64,000 bases of DNA, from positions 1 through 64,000 of the forward strand of contig CALCNX010000090.1 of the NCBI GenBank assembly GCA_937899715.1. Reading direction: 5' to 3'. The notes beneath the pieces were generated by a model. That model saw only the letters and a list, made by a program, of their open reading frames with translations. It made no database searches and was not told the origin of the DNA. Positions 1-9,949 of the stretch are shown here, in pieces (within the stretch, counting starts at the first letter, position 1; every line of letters starts with the position of its first letter). A program made the position numbers and the translations under genes. The stretch is from an uncultured bacterium (GTDB lineage: Bacteria > Bacteroidota > Ignavibacteria > Kapaibacteriales > UBA4661).

Positions 1-49
1 ATCTACACAGGCGAAGACACTCTTTCCCTACACGACGCTCTTCCGATCT
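1..49. other. Illumina TruSeq-HT adapter remnant (…ATCTACAC + i5 index AGGCGAAG + ACACTCTTTCCCTACACGACGCTCTTCCGATCT); non-biological
   Basis: Exact match to the 3' portion of the TruSeq universal adapter with an 8-nt index inserted at the i5 position; genuine ORF reading begins at nt 50. Confidence 0.9.
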
Positions 50-1009
50 GGGCTGCTCTGGAACGAAGCAAACAAGCGGGACGCACTGGTGTATCTGGAC
101 GCATTTTTAGAGAAGTTCTTTTCAGGCGTGTTACAGGGCGATGTTGACGCTGTACCGGTTCCGCGAACCGTCTATGCGCTGGCAAAAGAGTACAAAGACA
201 CGCGGCTTGGGCAGTCAGGCGCAATCGTTTTGGAGAAATTCAAAAACAGCCTACGGTTCCATTTCCCGAAAGATGTGCCGTTCTCGGCAGCAGAAATCCT
301 GTCGGCGCTCCGAGAAGCCCAATCACGGGAGCTTGCACAGTCCACACGCAAGCGCTACATGACTACGATGAAGGCGATGTTCACCTATGCGGTCGAGTGT
401 GAGTACATCAAGAAAAATCCCGTTGCAACGATTGGTATTCCCAAAGAGCCGAAAAAAATTGAACACCTCGTGTTGAAGCCAGACGAGGTTAAGCGCCTGA
501 TCGGATTCTTTGAAAACATTACAGATCGCTATCACGACGAACACGCCCTGATTTTCGAGTGGCTGTGGCGAACTGGTATGCGTGTTGGCGAGGTGATTAA
601 AATGAAGTGGAGCGATTACGACGAAGAGCGCGGTATCCTGAAAATAATTGGCAAAGGTAGTATCTATCGTGAGTTTCCCGTCTCGCTCTTCCCAGAGGCG
701 GTTGCAATACTGGAAAAGATGCGCAAGCACTCATTCCCAGACGGCAAAATATGGCGGTGGAAAAACACACAGAATATACAAACCAATTTCCGCAAGGCAG
801 CATTGGCGCTCAAGTTCAATCCGAAATACGTAGTCCACACGTTGCGAGGCAGTGCGGGATGGTACTACGAAAACGTGTTAGGTTTGGATTTTACGCTCGT
901 AGCGGAATTGCTCGGACATTCGCCCAGCATGAACATCCAACGCTACCGAAAAAAACGCACCGGGGAAGACCTCAAAGATGCCCTAAAAAAGGCGACCGAC
1001 GAGCGCTGA
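50..1009 (+). CDS. Tyrosine site-specific recombinase/integrase, 5'-truncated by the contig/adapter boundary
   Basis: Frame open from nt 50 to TGA at 1007-1009; catalytic-domain motifs R…HTLRGSAGWYY…LLGHS…NIQRY (R-H-R-Y tyrosine recombinase signature); antisense shadow ORFs ignored. Confidence 0.75.
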   Translation, partial: GLLWNEANKRDALVYLDAFLEKFFSGVLQGDVDAVPVPRTVYALAKEYKDTRLGQSGAIVLEKFKNSLRFHFPKDVPFSAAEILSALREAQSRELAQSTRKRYMTTMKAMFTYAVECEYIKKNPVATIGIPKEPKKIEHLVLKPDEVKRLIGFFENITDRYHDEHALIFEWLWRTGMRVGEVIKMKWSDYDEERGILKIIGKGSIYREFPVSLFPEAVAILEKMRKHSFPDGKIWRWKNTQNIQTNFRKAALALKFNPKYVVHTLRGSAGWYYENVLGLDFTLVAELLGHSPSMNIQRYRKKRTGEDLKDALKKATDER

Positions 1010-1103
1010 ACGAGCGTTTTCAAAAACAAACCCAAAAACAGTAGGTATTATGCGGGTTCGCAGCAAAAAGTTCGGGTGTCTTCTTCTCCGCAACGCTAAA
1101 AGA

Positions 1104-1140
1104 AAAACCCGCACCATTACTGGCTTGCGGGTTTTTTGTT
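1104..1140 (+). terminator. Rho-independent terminator after integrase (AACCCGCA…TGCGGGTT stem + TTTTTT)
   Basis: 8-bp perfect stem followed by T6 tract, 95 nt downstream of integrase stop. Confidence 0.6.
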
Positions 1141-1389
1141 GCTTTTTTTCAAAGATATTTCTTAGATTCATCGCTGGCATTTGGTAAAAATAGAAATTTT
1201 CGATAAATATGCTGCCGAGTGCATTTTCTGATAGTGGTAGGGAATACAATCCTGTCCCTCGAAGCCCCTACTCTAGCCAATCAAAGACCGAATTTGCAAG
1301 ATATTGCTCCTGAACAAAAAGAACAAAAGCCTATAATCCCATTTTTTGCTGCCTGTGCAAGCGGCAGCGCCTCAACCAATTGATACGTC

Positions 1390-3255
1390 ATGGAAACCTT
1401 TTTTGCTTCGTACTGGTGGATTCTTCTTCTGGTTGTCATTCTGGCACTGTACAAATACGTTCTGCGTTTTTTATTTGGTGTGGTCATTGTGCCTGAGGAC
1501 AAAATCGGGTTAGTAACAAAAAAATTCGTGCTTTTCGGTGAACACAAAGAATTACCCGATGGGCGCATTATTGCTATACAGGGCGAAGCGGGCTTTCAAG
1601 CAAAAGCACTTGCTCCGGGCTTATACTTTTGGAAATGGTTTTGGCAATATGATGTGACGATGGAAAAATTCACCGTGATTCCCGAAGGGCAAATCGGCTT
1701 GGTACTGGCAAAAGATGGCGCTGAAATACCGACAGGCAATATCTTGGGGCAGCGTGTAGAATGTGATAATTTCCAAGATGCGGATAAGTTTTTGACCAAT
1801 GGTGGGGAGCGAGGCAGACAAACAGCTTATATCACCGCCGGTTCATATAGGATTAACTCCCTGCTCTTTCAGGTTTCGATTACTGATATGGTTCGCATCA
1901 AAGAAAGCATGGTCGGCATTATCACTACGTTGGACGGATTGCCCATCGAAGCAGACCAAATAGCAGGCAAACTGATTAGCGGACACAATAATTTTCAGGA
2001 CTTTGACCTTTTTCTCAGGAATGGCGGAAACAGAGGCTTGCAACCACAGGTAATTTTAGCAGGGTCGTATAACCTGAACCCTTGGGCTGTGCAGGTGGAA
2101 GAAATTCCCATGACCGAAATCCCTATTGGGTTTGTTGGCGTTGTTATTTCTTACATCGGTCAAGAAGGAAACGACCTAACAGGTTCTGAATTCAAGCACG
2201 GAAACATCGTTGAAAAAGGGCGTAAAGGGGTTTGGCTTGAGCCAATGGGACCGGGGAAATACCCTGTCAACAAGTACATTATGAAAGTTGAGTTGGTGCC
2301 AACGACTAATCTTGTTCTTAATTGGGCATCTGCACGCAGTGAAGCACATAATTTGGACAAAAATCTTTCGACCATTACCGTCCGCTCCAAAGACGGCTTC
2401 CCATTTAATCTTGATGTTGCACAAATTATTCACGTACCCACGACCGAAGCGCCAAAAGTTATCGCACGGTTCGGTAACATGGTCAATCTTGTCTCTCAAG
2501 TGCTGGAACCGACTATTGGAAACTATTTCCGTAATTCGGCACAAGACAGCGATGTGATTGCGTTTTTAAGCACTCGGAAAGAACGTCAGGAATCAGCAAA
2601 AGCGCATATTAAGAAAGTGTTGGATGAATACAATGTAAACGCTGTGGATACACTTATCGGCGACATTGCACCACCTGAATCCTTGATGAAAACACTGACC
2701 GACCGAAAAATTGCCGAAGAGCAAAAAGTGACCTACGACACACAAAAGCAGGCTCAGGAAACACGGCAAGGGATGGAAAAAGAGACTGCGATTGCCGATA
2801 TGCAGAAAGATATTGTCAAAGCTCAACAAAGCGTTGAAATTGCGGAGCGCACGGCAAGCGCAACGGTAAAAAAAGCAGAAGGCGACGCGACAAGCGTTAA
2901 ACTGGCAGTCAGTGCCGAAGCAGAAGCCACGAAATTACGTGCCCAAGCTGAAGCGGAAGCCATCAAACTAAAAGCCTCCGCACAAGCCGAACAAATCTCG
3001 CTCACGGGCGATGCAGAAGCAGGAAAAATCCTTGCTGTCGGAAAATCTACCGCAGAAGCATACGAGCTTGCTGTCAAAGCGCTGGGCGGCGAAAACTTCA
3101 CTCGCTACAAAATTACCGAAGAACTTTCTAAGGGTCAAATCAAGCTCATTCCAGATATACTCATTGGCGGCAATAATGGCGGTGGGAATGCGATTGACGG
3201 ACTTTTGGGATTGAAGCTCATGGAGATGATTGACCCAAAGAAAAATGAAGAATAA
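1390..3255 (+). CDS. SPFH/band-7 (flotillin-like) membrane protein
   Basis: N-terminal hydrophobic segment; C-terminal Ala/Glu-rich coiled coil (AEAEATKLRAQAEAEAIKLKASAQAEQ) typical of flotillin/YqiK. Confidence 0.6.
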   Translation: METFFASYWWILLLVVILALYKYVLRFLFGVVIVPEDKIGLVTKKFVLFGEHKELPDGRIIAIQGEAGFQAKALAPGLYFWKWFWQYDVTMEKFTVIPEGQIGLVLAKDGAEIPTGNILGQRVECDNFQDADKFLTNGGERGRQTAYITAGSYRINSLLFQVSITDMVRIKESMVGIITTLDGLPIEADQIAGKLISGHNNFQDFDLFLRNGGNRGLQPQVILAGSYNLNPWAVQVEEIPMTEIPIGFVGVVISYIGQEGNDLTGSEFKHGNIVEKGRKGVWLEPMGPGKYPVNKYIMKVELVPTTNLVLNWASARSEAHNLDKNLSTITVRSKDGFPFNLDVAQIIHVPTTEAPKVIARFGNMVNLVSQVLEPTIGNYFRNSAQDSDVIAFLSTRKERQESAKAHIKKVLDEYNVNAVDTLIGDIAPPESLMKTLTDRKIAEEQKVTYDTQKQAQETRQGMEKETAIADMQKDIVKAQQSVEIAERTASATVKKAEGDATSVKLAVSAEAEATKLRAQAEAEAIKLKASAQAEQISLTGDAEAGKILAVGKSTAEAYELAVKALGGENFTRYKITEELSKGQIKLIPDILIGGNNGGGNAIDGLLGLKLMEMIDPKKNEE

Positions 3256-3366
3256 GTGCTTTATTGCGAATATTTATTCTGAGATGACCAACAATTGACG
3301 TGCAATGCTCTTCAACATCTTGGTTGGTCGGACTTCAAATTTTTATCATATTTTTTCTACTTGTCT

Positions 3367-5040
3367 ATGCGATTGCTCAAAGCCTCTATAATTCTCATAC
3401 TCTGCGTGGTTTGCAACCTGGCAGCGCAAGAACCATTCCGCGACCCGAAAACAAAAAAAGTAGGCATAAAAGCCGGCGAACAAACTATTGTTAAACCTGC
3501 ATACGATGACCTTATTGCCTTTCCCGAACATGGTGCAGCCGCACGAAATGGAACTCTCTGGGGCTTCGTTACATACGACGACAAAGAAACAATTCCCATT
3601 TCATTCGACAAGATTGAATTGCAAAAAGGCGGTTTGGTAAAAGCCTCTAAAGCTGGTAAAATAGGCTTTTTCAACACAGATGGTCAAGCACTTGTGCCCG
3701 TGGAATTTGATGCTATTGATATGAAAGTCTTTGATGGAGCAGCCAAGCCGACCCATTTTCTTGTCCGAAAAGATAAAAAAGTTGGATTCTACACCATAAG
3801 CGGGAAATGTATTATTCAGCCGCTTTACGACGATGTAAAGCTCATGTCCAACAACCTTTTTCAAGCGAAAATCAATGAAAAGTTCGCTTATCTTTCACGC
3901 GACGGTGCTGAAATTGTACCACCGAACTATGACAAAATTACCTTTCTCAAAAACAAGACGATGAAAGTTGAACTTGCCGGAAAGCAAGGTTTACTCAATG
4001 CTGAGGGAAAAGAAATTACGCCGACGATATATGACAATATTGATTTTTTGGACAACAACCGCATTCAAGCTGCACTCAACGGCAAAGTAATGATTCTCAG
4101 CGGTGACGGGAAGCCCGTCATACGAACCGCAGAGGAATCTGCCGGATTTTATATCATGTTGGACAAAAATCTCCGCTACGGTTATATTGATGCTGAAGGT
4201 ATTCCAGTAGTGCCCTCGGTATATGGCAAAGTAAAGGAATATTCTGAAGGCGTAGCAGCCGTTGAGAAGGACGGAAAATGGGGTTTTATTGACCCAAATG
4301 GCGAAGAAGTCATACCGTTTCAATTTGACGATGCACAGTCATTCAGCGAGGGAATAGCGGCATTTGAACAAGAAGAAAAATGGGGTTTTATCGACAAAAA
4401 AGGCTCCATTGTAGTAAAGCCACAATTTCTGAAAGCGAAACTCTTTGTTAATGGTCTCGCGCCCGTACAAACAAAGGATGAGAAATGGGGCTTTATTGAC
4501 AAAAAAGGCAAAATGGTCATTAAGTCTCAGTTTGCAGAGGCAGAAATTTTCCGCGAAGGTCTTGCCGCAGTCAGCGTAAACGGAAAGTATGGCTATATTG
4601 ATACCAAAGGACGGATGGTCGTTCAACCCAAGTATGGCTGGACAATGTTTTTCTCTGAGGGTCTTGCAGAGGTGCGTTTGGGCGGAAAATCAGGCTATAT
4701 TGACAAAACGGCTGCTCTCACAATTCCTCTCTTTTACGAGAATGCACGAGAATTTTCCGAGGCGCTTTGCAGTGTCCAATTTGTGGATAAAAAATGGGGC
4801 TATATCAATACTAAAAATGAAGTTGTGATTCCAGCCACATTCGACTGGGCAAAAAGTTTCCACAATGATGCAGCACCGGTGCGGGTTGGAGAAAAATGGG
4901 GCTATATCAACAAGTCAGGTCAACTTATCGTTCAGCCCCAATTTGATGATGCGTTCGAGTTTACCGGTGCCTTAGCACGTGTCAAACTTGGTGGTCGTGA
5001 GTTTTATGTCAATAAACAGGGAAAAACTATCGGGCAGTAA
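3367..5040 (+). CDS. Secreted WG-repeat (KWGFID/KYGYID repeat) protein
   Basis: Signal peptide MRLLKASIILILCVVCNLAAQ; about 9 tandem ~35-aa repeats each containing (K/E)(W/Y)G(F/Y)ID; internal ATG at 3367 preferred over ORF start 3295. Confidence 0.6.
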   Translation: MRLLKASIILILCVVCNLAAQEPFRDPKTKKVGIKAGEQTIVKPAYDDLIAFPEHGAAARNGTLWGFVTYDDKETIPISFDKIELQKGGLVKASKAGKIGFFNTDGQALVPVEFDAIDMKVFDGAAKPTHFLVRKDKKVGFYTISGKCIIQPLYDDVKLMSNNLFQAKINEKFAYLSRDGAEIVPPNYDKITFLKNKTMKVELAGKQGLLNAEGKEITPTIYDNIDFLDNNRIQAALNGKVMILSGDGKPVIRTAEESAGFYIMLDKNLRYGYIDAEGIPVVPSVYGKVKEYSEGVAAVEKDGKWGFIDPNGEEVIPFQFDDAQSFSEGIAAFEQEEKWGFIDKKGSIVVKPQFLKAKLFVNGLAPVQTKDEKWGFIDKKGKMVIKSQFAEAEIFREGLAAVSVNGKYGYIDTKGRMVVQPKYGWTMFFSEGLAEVRLGGKSGYIDKTAALTIPLFYENAREFSEALCSVQFVDKKWGYINTKNEVVIPATFDWAKSFHNDAAPVRVGEKWGYINKSGQLIVQPQFDDAFEFTGALARVKLGGREFYVNKQGKTIGQ

Positions 5041-5062
5041 AAATACTTCAACAAATACCAAT

Positions 5063-6304
5063 TTAGAATACTACCGTCAACTCAACGGGCTTATTATCAC
5101 GCAAAACCCTCACCGGCACTGAATCTCCGGCTTTTAGCTTAGACAGTGCTTCCATGTATGCCTGAATATCCGCAATATCTGCCTGCCCGATTTTCACGAC
5201 CACATCACCGTCTTGCAAACCGGCTTTAGCACCCGCTCTGCCGGCAGTTACGGCATCAACTTTCAAACCTTTGCCGGAATAACTGTAAGACGGCATAACA
5301 CCAAGAGAAACTTTGTAACTATGCCCTGTCTGCTGCTTGACGCGAGTTTGTGCAAATGCCAGTTTTGGTGTGGCTTGAAGAGAATCCATGATGTTCACGA
5401 TATACCGCAAGACCTTTGCTTCACCACCAATGTTAAGACGCTCAATATCATCCGAAGGCTTGTGGTAATCGCTGTGTACACCGGTAAAAAAGAAAAGCAC
5501 AGGAATTTTTTTGAGATAAAACGACGTGTGGTCGGAAGGTCCCACACCTGACGAATCAAGCGCCAAAGCGAACTGATTACTAAACGCTCGTTCAGCTATG
5601 CTCTTCACAAGCGGCTCAAATGTCGGACTCGTACCGACACCGCCAACGACGAGTTCTTTTTTTGCCTCATCGAAGCGCCCAATCATGTCCAGATTCACCA
5701 TGCAATGTACGTTTTCAAGCGGTAATGTGGGATGTTCAGTAAAATGTTTTGAACCGAGCAACCCCAATTCCTCGCCGGAGAAGCAGAGAAAAAGGAAGTT
5801 ATATGGCTCTTTCGCGGTGTTTGTGGCATAGAGCCGCGCCAGTTCCAATACACCCGCCACACCGGAAGCATTGTCGTCTGCGCCGTTGTGGATTTTGCCT
5901 TTGGGTGCAGGGTCGAGTGAGGAGCCGTCATAACCAAGCCCCAAGTGGTCGTAATGAGCACCAATGACGATAGTTCGCACCGCACCATTATCCAGAAAAG
6001 CGGCAACATTCATCGCCAAGCGATTGCTGTCCGGCAACACATCATTTTTCTTGATAAGCGGAAACGTCTGGAAAAACGTGCCGTCATCGCCTTTTGGCAA
6101 AAGGCGCAAGGAACGGAAGTAGTTTGCAAGATACTCCGCAGCACGTTTTTCGTCGGCGGTACTCGTGCCGCGCCCATGTAAGGAATCACTTGCAAGAAAG
6201 CCAATATGCCTACGGAGCAAGGTTGTATCAATGGTTTGAGCGTTAAGAGAACCAACAAGAAGTATAGTTCCCACTACTAGGTTTCTAAAGAAGAGATGCT
6301 TCAT
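5063..6304 (-). CDS. M28-family metallo-aminopeptidase with C-terminal PDZ domain
   Basis: HYDHLG and DDNASGVAGVLELAR zinc-ligand motifs; C-terminal PDZ-like GLKVDAV…GDVVVKIG; signal peptide from ATG 6304. Confidence 0.7.
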   Translation of the reverse strand: MKHLFFRNLVVGTILLVGSLNAQTIDTTLLRRHIGFLASDSLHGRGTSTADEKRAAEYLANYFRSLRLLPKGDDGTFFQTFPLIKKNDVLPDSNRLAMNVAAFLDNGAVRTIVIGAHYDHLGLGYDGSSLDPAPKGKIHNGADDNASGVAGVLELARLYATNTAKEPYNFLFLCFSGEELGLLGSKHFTEHPTLPLENVHCMVNLDMIGRFDEAKKELVVGGVGTSPTFEPLVKSIAERAFSNQFALALDSSGVGPSDHTSFYLKKIPVLFFFTGVHSDYHKPSDDIERLNIGGEAKVLRYIVNIMDSLQATPKLAFAQTRVKQQTGHSYKVSLGVMPSYSYSGKGLKVDAVTAGRAGAKAGLQDGDVVVKIGQADIADIQAYMEALSKLKAGDSVPVRVLRDNKPVELTVVF

Positions 6305-6327
6305 ATTGTTTTGAAGATAGAAAATAA

Positions 6328-7440
6328 TTAGTCCACCCAATCGGCTATAAACAAGTTTGTGTCTCGTGTGCCGCCGTTACTGCGGTTTGAGGAAAATATA
6401 AGTTTCTTGCCATCCGGCGAAAACATCGGAAACGCATTAAAAATACTTTCGCCCGTAATCTGCTCCAGCCCTGTGCCGTCTGTATTTATCATGTACAACT
6501 GAAAATCGTAGCCGCGCGTCGAATGATGATTCGAGGAGAAAATTATTTTTTTGCCCGATGGATGAAAGAACGGTGCCCAGTTTGCCTTGCCAAGATGCGT
6601 GATTTGGCGCAGATTGGAACCATCCACATTACAGATGTAAATTTCCATATTTGTCGGTGCCACAAGCCCCATGCTCAACAACTCCTTGTATTCCGCAACA
6701 TCCTCCGGCGTAGTGGGGCGCGATGCACGGAACACAAGCTGCTTACCATCGGGTGAGAAAAATGCGCCGCCGTCATATCCCAAGCCGCTTGTAACTTGCT
6801 TTTGATTTGTGCCGTCCACATTCATTGTCCAAAGTTCTAAGTCGCCGGAACGGTCGGAGGTGAAAACAATTTTATCCCCTTTGGGAGAAATTGTTGCCTC
6901 TGCATCGTAGCCGGACGTGGTGGTAAGCGGCTTCATATTACTCCCGTCAAGCGCTGCCACATAAATATCGTAGGAGCGATGAACAGCCCAGAGATATTTT
7001 TTAAGATACTCCGGCTTGGTCACAACGGGCATTGGCGTACAAACGCTGTCTGTGCGGTGCGTGGAGCCAAAAAGAACGTGCTTTCCGTCGGGCATGATGT
7101 ATGAACACGTTGTGCGTCCACGCCCTGTGCTGATGCGAGCAGGATGGTACGCAGAGTCGCGCATTTTGAGCGAGTCTGCCAACGGCAGGTAAAAAATCTG
7201 GTCGCACTGCAAGCCCCACTTGGGGTTATTCGACTGAAATGAAATTGCTTGACCGTTTACCCCGAAATAGGCTTCGGCGTTATCGCCACCAAAGGTAATT
7301 TGGCGAAGGTTTGCGAGGTGGCGGGATTCTTTGACTGCCGATTTTGCTGCTTGAGAAGATTGAACGGGTGCTTGAGCAGTCGCAATAAAAGGTATTTCGC
7401 AGAATGCGATTGCCAAAACAAGAAGTGCAGAAAGGCGCAT
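6328..7440 (-). CDS. Periplasmic TolB-like beta-propeller (PD40/WD40-like repeat) protein
   Basis: Signal peptide; repeated FSPDGK / SPKGDKIVFTSDRSG / FSPDGKKLIFSSNRS PD40 motifs. Confidence 0.65.
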   Translation of the reverse strand: MRLSALLVLAIAFCEIPFIATAQAPVQSSQAAKSAVKESRHLANLRQITFGGDNAEAYFGVNGQAISFQSNNPKWGLQCDQIFYLPLADSLKMRDSAYHPARISTGRGRTTCSYIMPDGKHVLFGSTHRTDSVCTPMPVVTKPEYLKKYLWAVHRSYDIYVAALDGSNMKPLTTTSGYDAEATISPKGDKIVFTSDRSGDLELWTMNVDGTNQKQVTSGLGYDGGAFFSPDGKQLVFRASRPTTPEDVAEYKELLSMGLVAPTNMEIYICNVDGSNLRQITHLGKANWAPFFHPSGKKIIFSSNHHSTRGYDFQLYMINTDGTGLEQITGESIFNAFPMFSPDGKKLIFSSNRSNGGTRDTNLFIADWVD

Positions 7441-7505
7441 GTATGCTTACAATGGATAATAAAAACTGACGATTTAGTTTCGATATAAATTAGCTCTGAT
7501 GCCGC

Positions 7506-7838
7506 TTAATTCCAATGCAAATCGGCGGCATGCTTGCGAATATGCAACTTTACTGCCGCACAAGCAAGCAGTTCTCTGAGTTCCAACGCTTCGTGTTTAT
7601 GCAGCACAAACGTCGCACCCGTGTTGCCGACGGCAATATGAATTTTCCGGCGGTGCAATGAATGAGCAAAGGATTTTTCCCACGCATCAAGGTCGAGTCG
7701 GTCTATCATTTCCCAAAATGTGCGGAAACCTTCTGGACTGAAGCGTAATTCAACAGTTCCAAATTCAACATGAAGTGAATCGCAATGATCACAGCGAAAA
7801 ACCTGCCCCTTGCGGGTTTGGTGGAGAATGATTGCCAT
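7506..7838 (-). CDS. Hypothetical Cys/His-containing small protein (110 aa)
   Basis: ORF only; CDHCDSLH motif; co-directional between a heme-oxygenase-like gene and the TolB-like gene. Confidence 0.35.
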   Translation of the reverse strand: MAIILHQTRKGQVFRCDHCDSLHVEFGTVELRFSPEGFRTFWEMIDRLDLDAWEKSFAHSLHRRKIHIAVGNTGATFVLHKHEALELRELLACAAVKLHIRKHAADLHWN

Positions 7839-7955
7839 AATAAATATTGAAAAGGAATGACAAATATACGACTAAAAATTGTAATTACACATAAAATTGC
7901 GCAAGTATGAGGAAACATACTTGCGAGAGGAGCATAAAATTTACTGTTCTTTAAC

Positions 7956-8570
7956 TTACACGGCTTCGGCGACACCAACTTCAAGCATTAGCCAGCGCTC
8001 CAAAGCAGCAAAGGTCTCTTTTGCACTGTGAATAATAACAGCTTCTTTTGCTTCATCATCATTCGCAGCGCTCACAATTGCTTCACAGTACGCCTTCCAC
8101 ATCACGCCCACATTTGCGCCGTAACTGGAAAAATAGGCAGTACCATTTTCGGCGGTAAAGCCAAACATTTTTTGCACTTGGCGAGCTTGAATCTGCCCGC
8201 CCAGCGTTGAGCCTTCCATCACGTACATCACACCGACAGCATCTTCGAGACTGTTCATTGTTGGTAAATCTTCTGTGCGGGGCAGAAGTGTAATGTCTGT
8301 ATCTGTCATCCCCAGCGCCCGTAAGTCTTGCTCCAAAAGCGCAATTTTACGGCGTTCATCGAAAGCGATACCAAGGCGAGACCATTCAAAGCCAGATAAT
8401 ACCTGCTCCAACGGCACGTGAAAGCCGTAGAATTTCTGCAAAAATTCTTTGTATTGCTCAATGCTCATCGTGCCATCCATCATGGCTTTGCCAAACGGAT
8501 TGCCTTCTACGCTGTCATGCTGCGGGCGCGTTTGGCTCTTGAGTTCAGTCAAAATGCGTGGTTTTTCCAT
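7956..8570 (-). CDS. Heme oxygenase-like protein (BphO/HemO family)
   Basis: N-terminal L..LK..T...H...E pattern and YVMEGSTLGGQ motif characteristic of heme oxygenases; ~200 aa. Confidence 0.55.
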   Translation of the reverse strand: MEKPRILTELKSQTRPQHDSVEGNPFGKAMMDGTMSIEQYKEFLQKFYGFHVPLEQVLSGFEWSRLGIAFDERRKIALLEQDLRALGMTDTDITLLPRTEDLPTMNSLEDAVGVMYVMEGSTLGGQIQARQVQKMFGFTAENGTAYFSSYGANVGVMWKAYCEAIVSAANDDEAKEAVIIHSAKETFAALERWLMLEVGVAEAV

Positions 8571-8766
8571 TTTTTTGAATAGAATAGTTGTTAAAACTAA
8601 TTTAGACTAAGTATAAATAACTCTACAAATATAGAGTTCCAATTTCACATTTGCAAGCCTTATTTAGACACAATTCAAATAAGAAAAAAAGCAAGACAGG
8701 AATAGACCTCACAGGCTACTTCTACCTTGCTTTAATAGTTTGTAGTAATAGTTCGTAGTCAGCTTC

Positions 8767-9678
8767 TCACGGCTTCTGCAAGTTATCAGTATCAGCCAAA
8801 ATTTGTTCTATATACGCTAGAGGTCGCTCCCACAGGCGCTTTCCAGTGCGCTCGGTGAAAAAACCAAAATGCCCAAGATGTTTCACACCTGCGTCCTCCG
8901 GAGTTACACGCTCCATTTCAACCGAAATCCCTGTATAAAACTTCAAAATCTCCTGCCCTGTTCGCTCATTCGCAATGGGGTCGTCGCTCACGATATACGC
9001 CCGCCAAGGTAGCAGAACATCGTCGTAAAAATGATTTTTGATTGTTTTGCCAAAGAAATGCCGGAGATAGCGTGGCTGCCTGCACCATGCCGCCCACTCA
9101 CGCGCCACACCTTTGGGTAAATCCTCGCCCTGCCCGATAGCTTTTGCGGGCGCATACCCCAGAAGAAACGTTGTAAGCGGGATAAAAACATACCAAATGA
9201 ACGCCGTAAAATACTTGAACGGCGCAGGAAATATCCGCCAATAGCCAACGGAGGAGGCGATACTAACCACCCCTGCCAGTAAATGATGGTTCGGCATTAG
9301 CCCAATCAACTGCCCGCCCATGCTGTGCGCAATGACAAATTTCTTCAGGTGCGGATAATGCCAATGCAACCAGTTCAGCACACCCGGCATATCACGCTCC
9401 CCCCAATCGCGGGTATATGCCTCAAAACCACGTAACGATGCGGGACGCGAAGCGCCAATACCGCGATAATCGAATACCACCACCACAAATCCCTGCTCCG
9501 CCCAAAACTTCGCAAACTTCAGATAAAATTCTTTTTTGATACCCGTGCCACTATGAATTTGGATAGTCGCTTTTGCCTCGCCTATCGGCTCCATGACGAT
9601 TGCCGCAAGGTCGAAGCCGTCCGTAGCAGGTATGCTCACGGTTTTCGTTGTGAAACGGGGTTGGGTAAGAGTTTCCAT
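8767..9678 (-). CDS. Alpha/beta-fold hydrolase
   Basis: GxSxG nucleophile elbow AHSMGGQ; 303 aa. Confidence 0.6.
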   Translation of the reverse strand: METLTQPRFTTKTVSIPATDGFDLAAIVMEPIGEAKATIQIHSGTGIKKEFYLKFAKFWAEQGFVVVVFDYRGIGASRPASLRGFEAYTRDWGERDMPGVLNWLHWHYPHLKKFVIAHSMGGQLIGLMPNHHLLAGVVSIASSVGYWRIFPAPFKYFTAFIWYVFIPLTTFLLGYAPAKAIGQGEDLPKGVAREWAAWCRQPRYLRHFFGKTIKNHFYDDVLLPWRAYIVSDDPIANERTGQEILKFYTGISVEMERVTPEDAGVKHLGHFGFFTERTGKRLWERPLAYIEQILADTDNLQKP

Positions 9679-9786
9679 AGTTGGAGAGAGTATTTTGGGA
9701 ATAATGATTCTTAGTTTATACTAAACGTTCATTCAAATTGAGTGCTGTAAAACGCCTGTTATTGCGAATTTATGGGCAGTTTTTTG

Positions 9787-9903
9787 ACACGGATTGAAGA
9801 AGATTACACAGATTACACGGATGGTGCAAGGCAGTACAGCCCCGCAATGGTCTTGATTCTTCAGGAAAAATCCGTGTAATCCGCGAAATCTACCTAATCC
9901 GTG
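9787..9903. promoter_or_regulatory. Cluster of 4+ copies of GATTACACGGAT / ATCCGTGTAATC core motifs; candidate TF-binding array
   Basis: 12-bp perfect inverted repeat at 9811-9822 / 9870-9881 plus partial copies at 9788, 9802 and 9895, upstream of the alpha/beta hydrolase gene. Confidence 0.4.
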
Positions 9904-9949
9904 CCAAGAAAAAAGAATTGTTCTTGAAGCTGACCTTTTATTGGCGCTC

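Noticed and set aside
323-730. Opposite-strand ORFs inside longer, domain-supported genes (e.g. 323-730(-) in the integrase, 2176-2544(-) in the SPFH gene, 58773-59123(-) opposite the Rieske gene, 33638-34348(+) in the oligopeptidase)
   Set aside because: They fully overlap genes with clear family motifs and show no recognisable domains; typical shadow ORFs.
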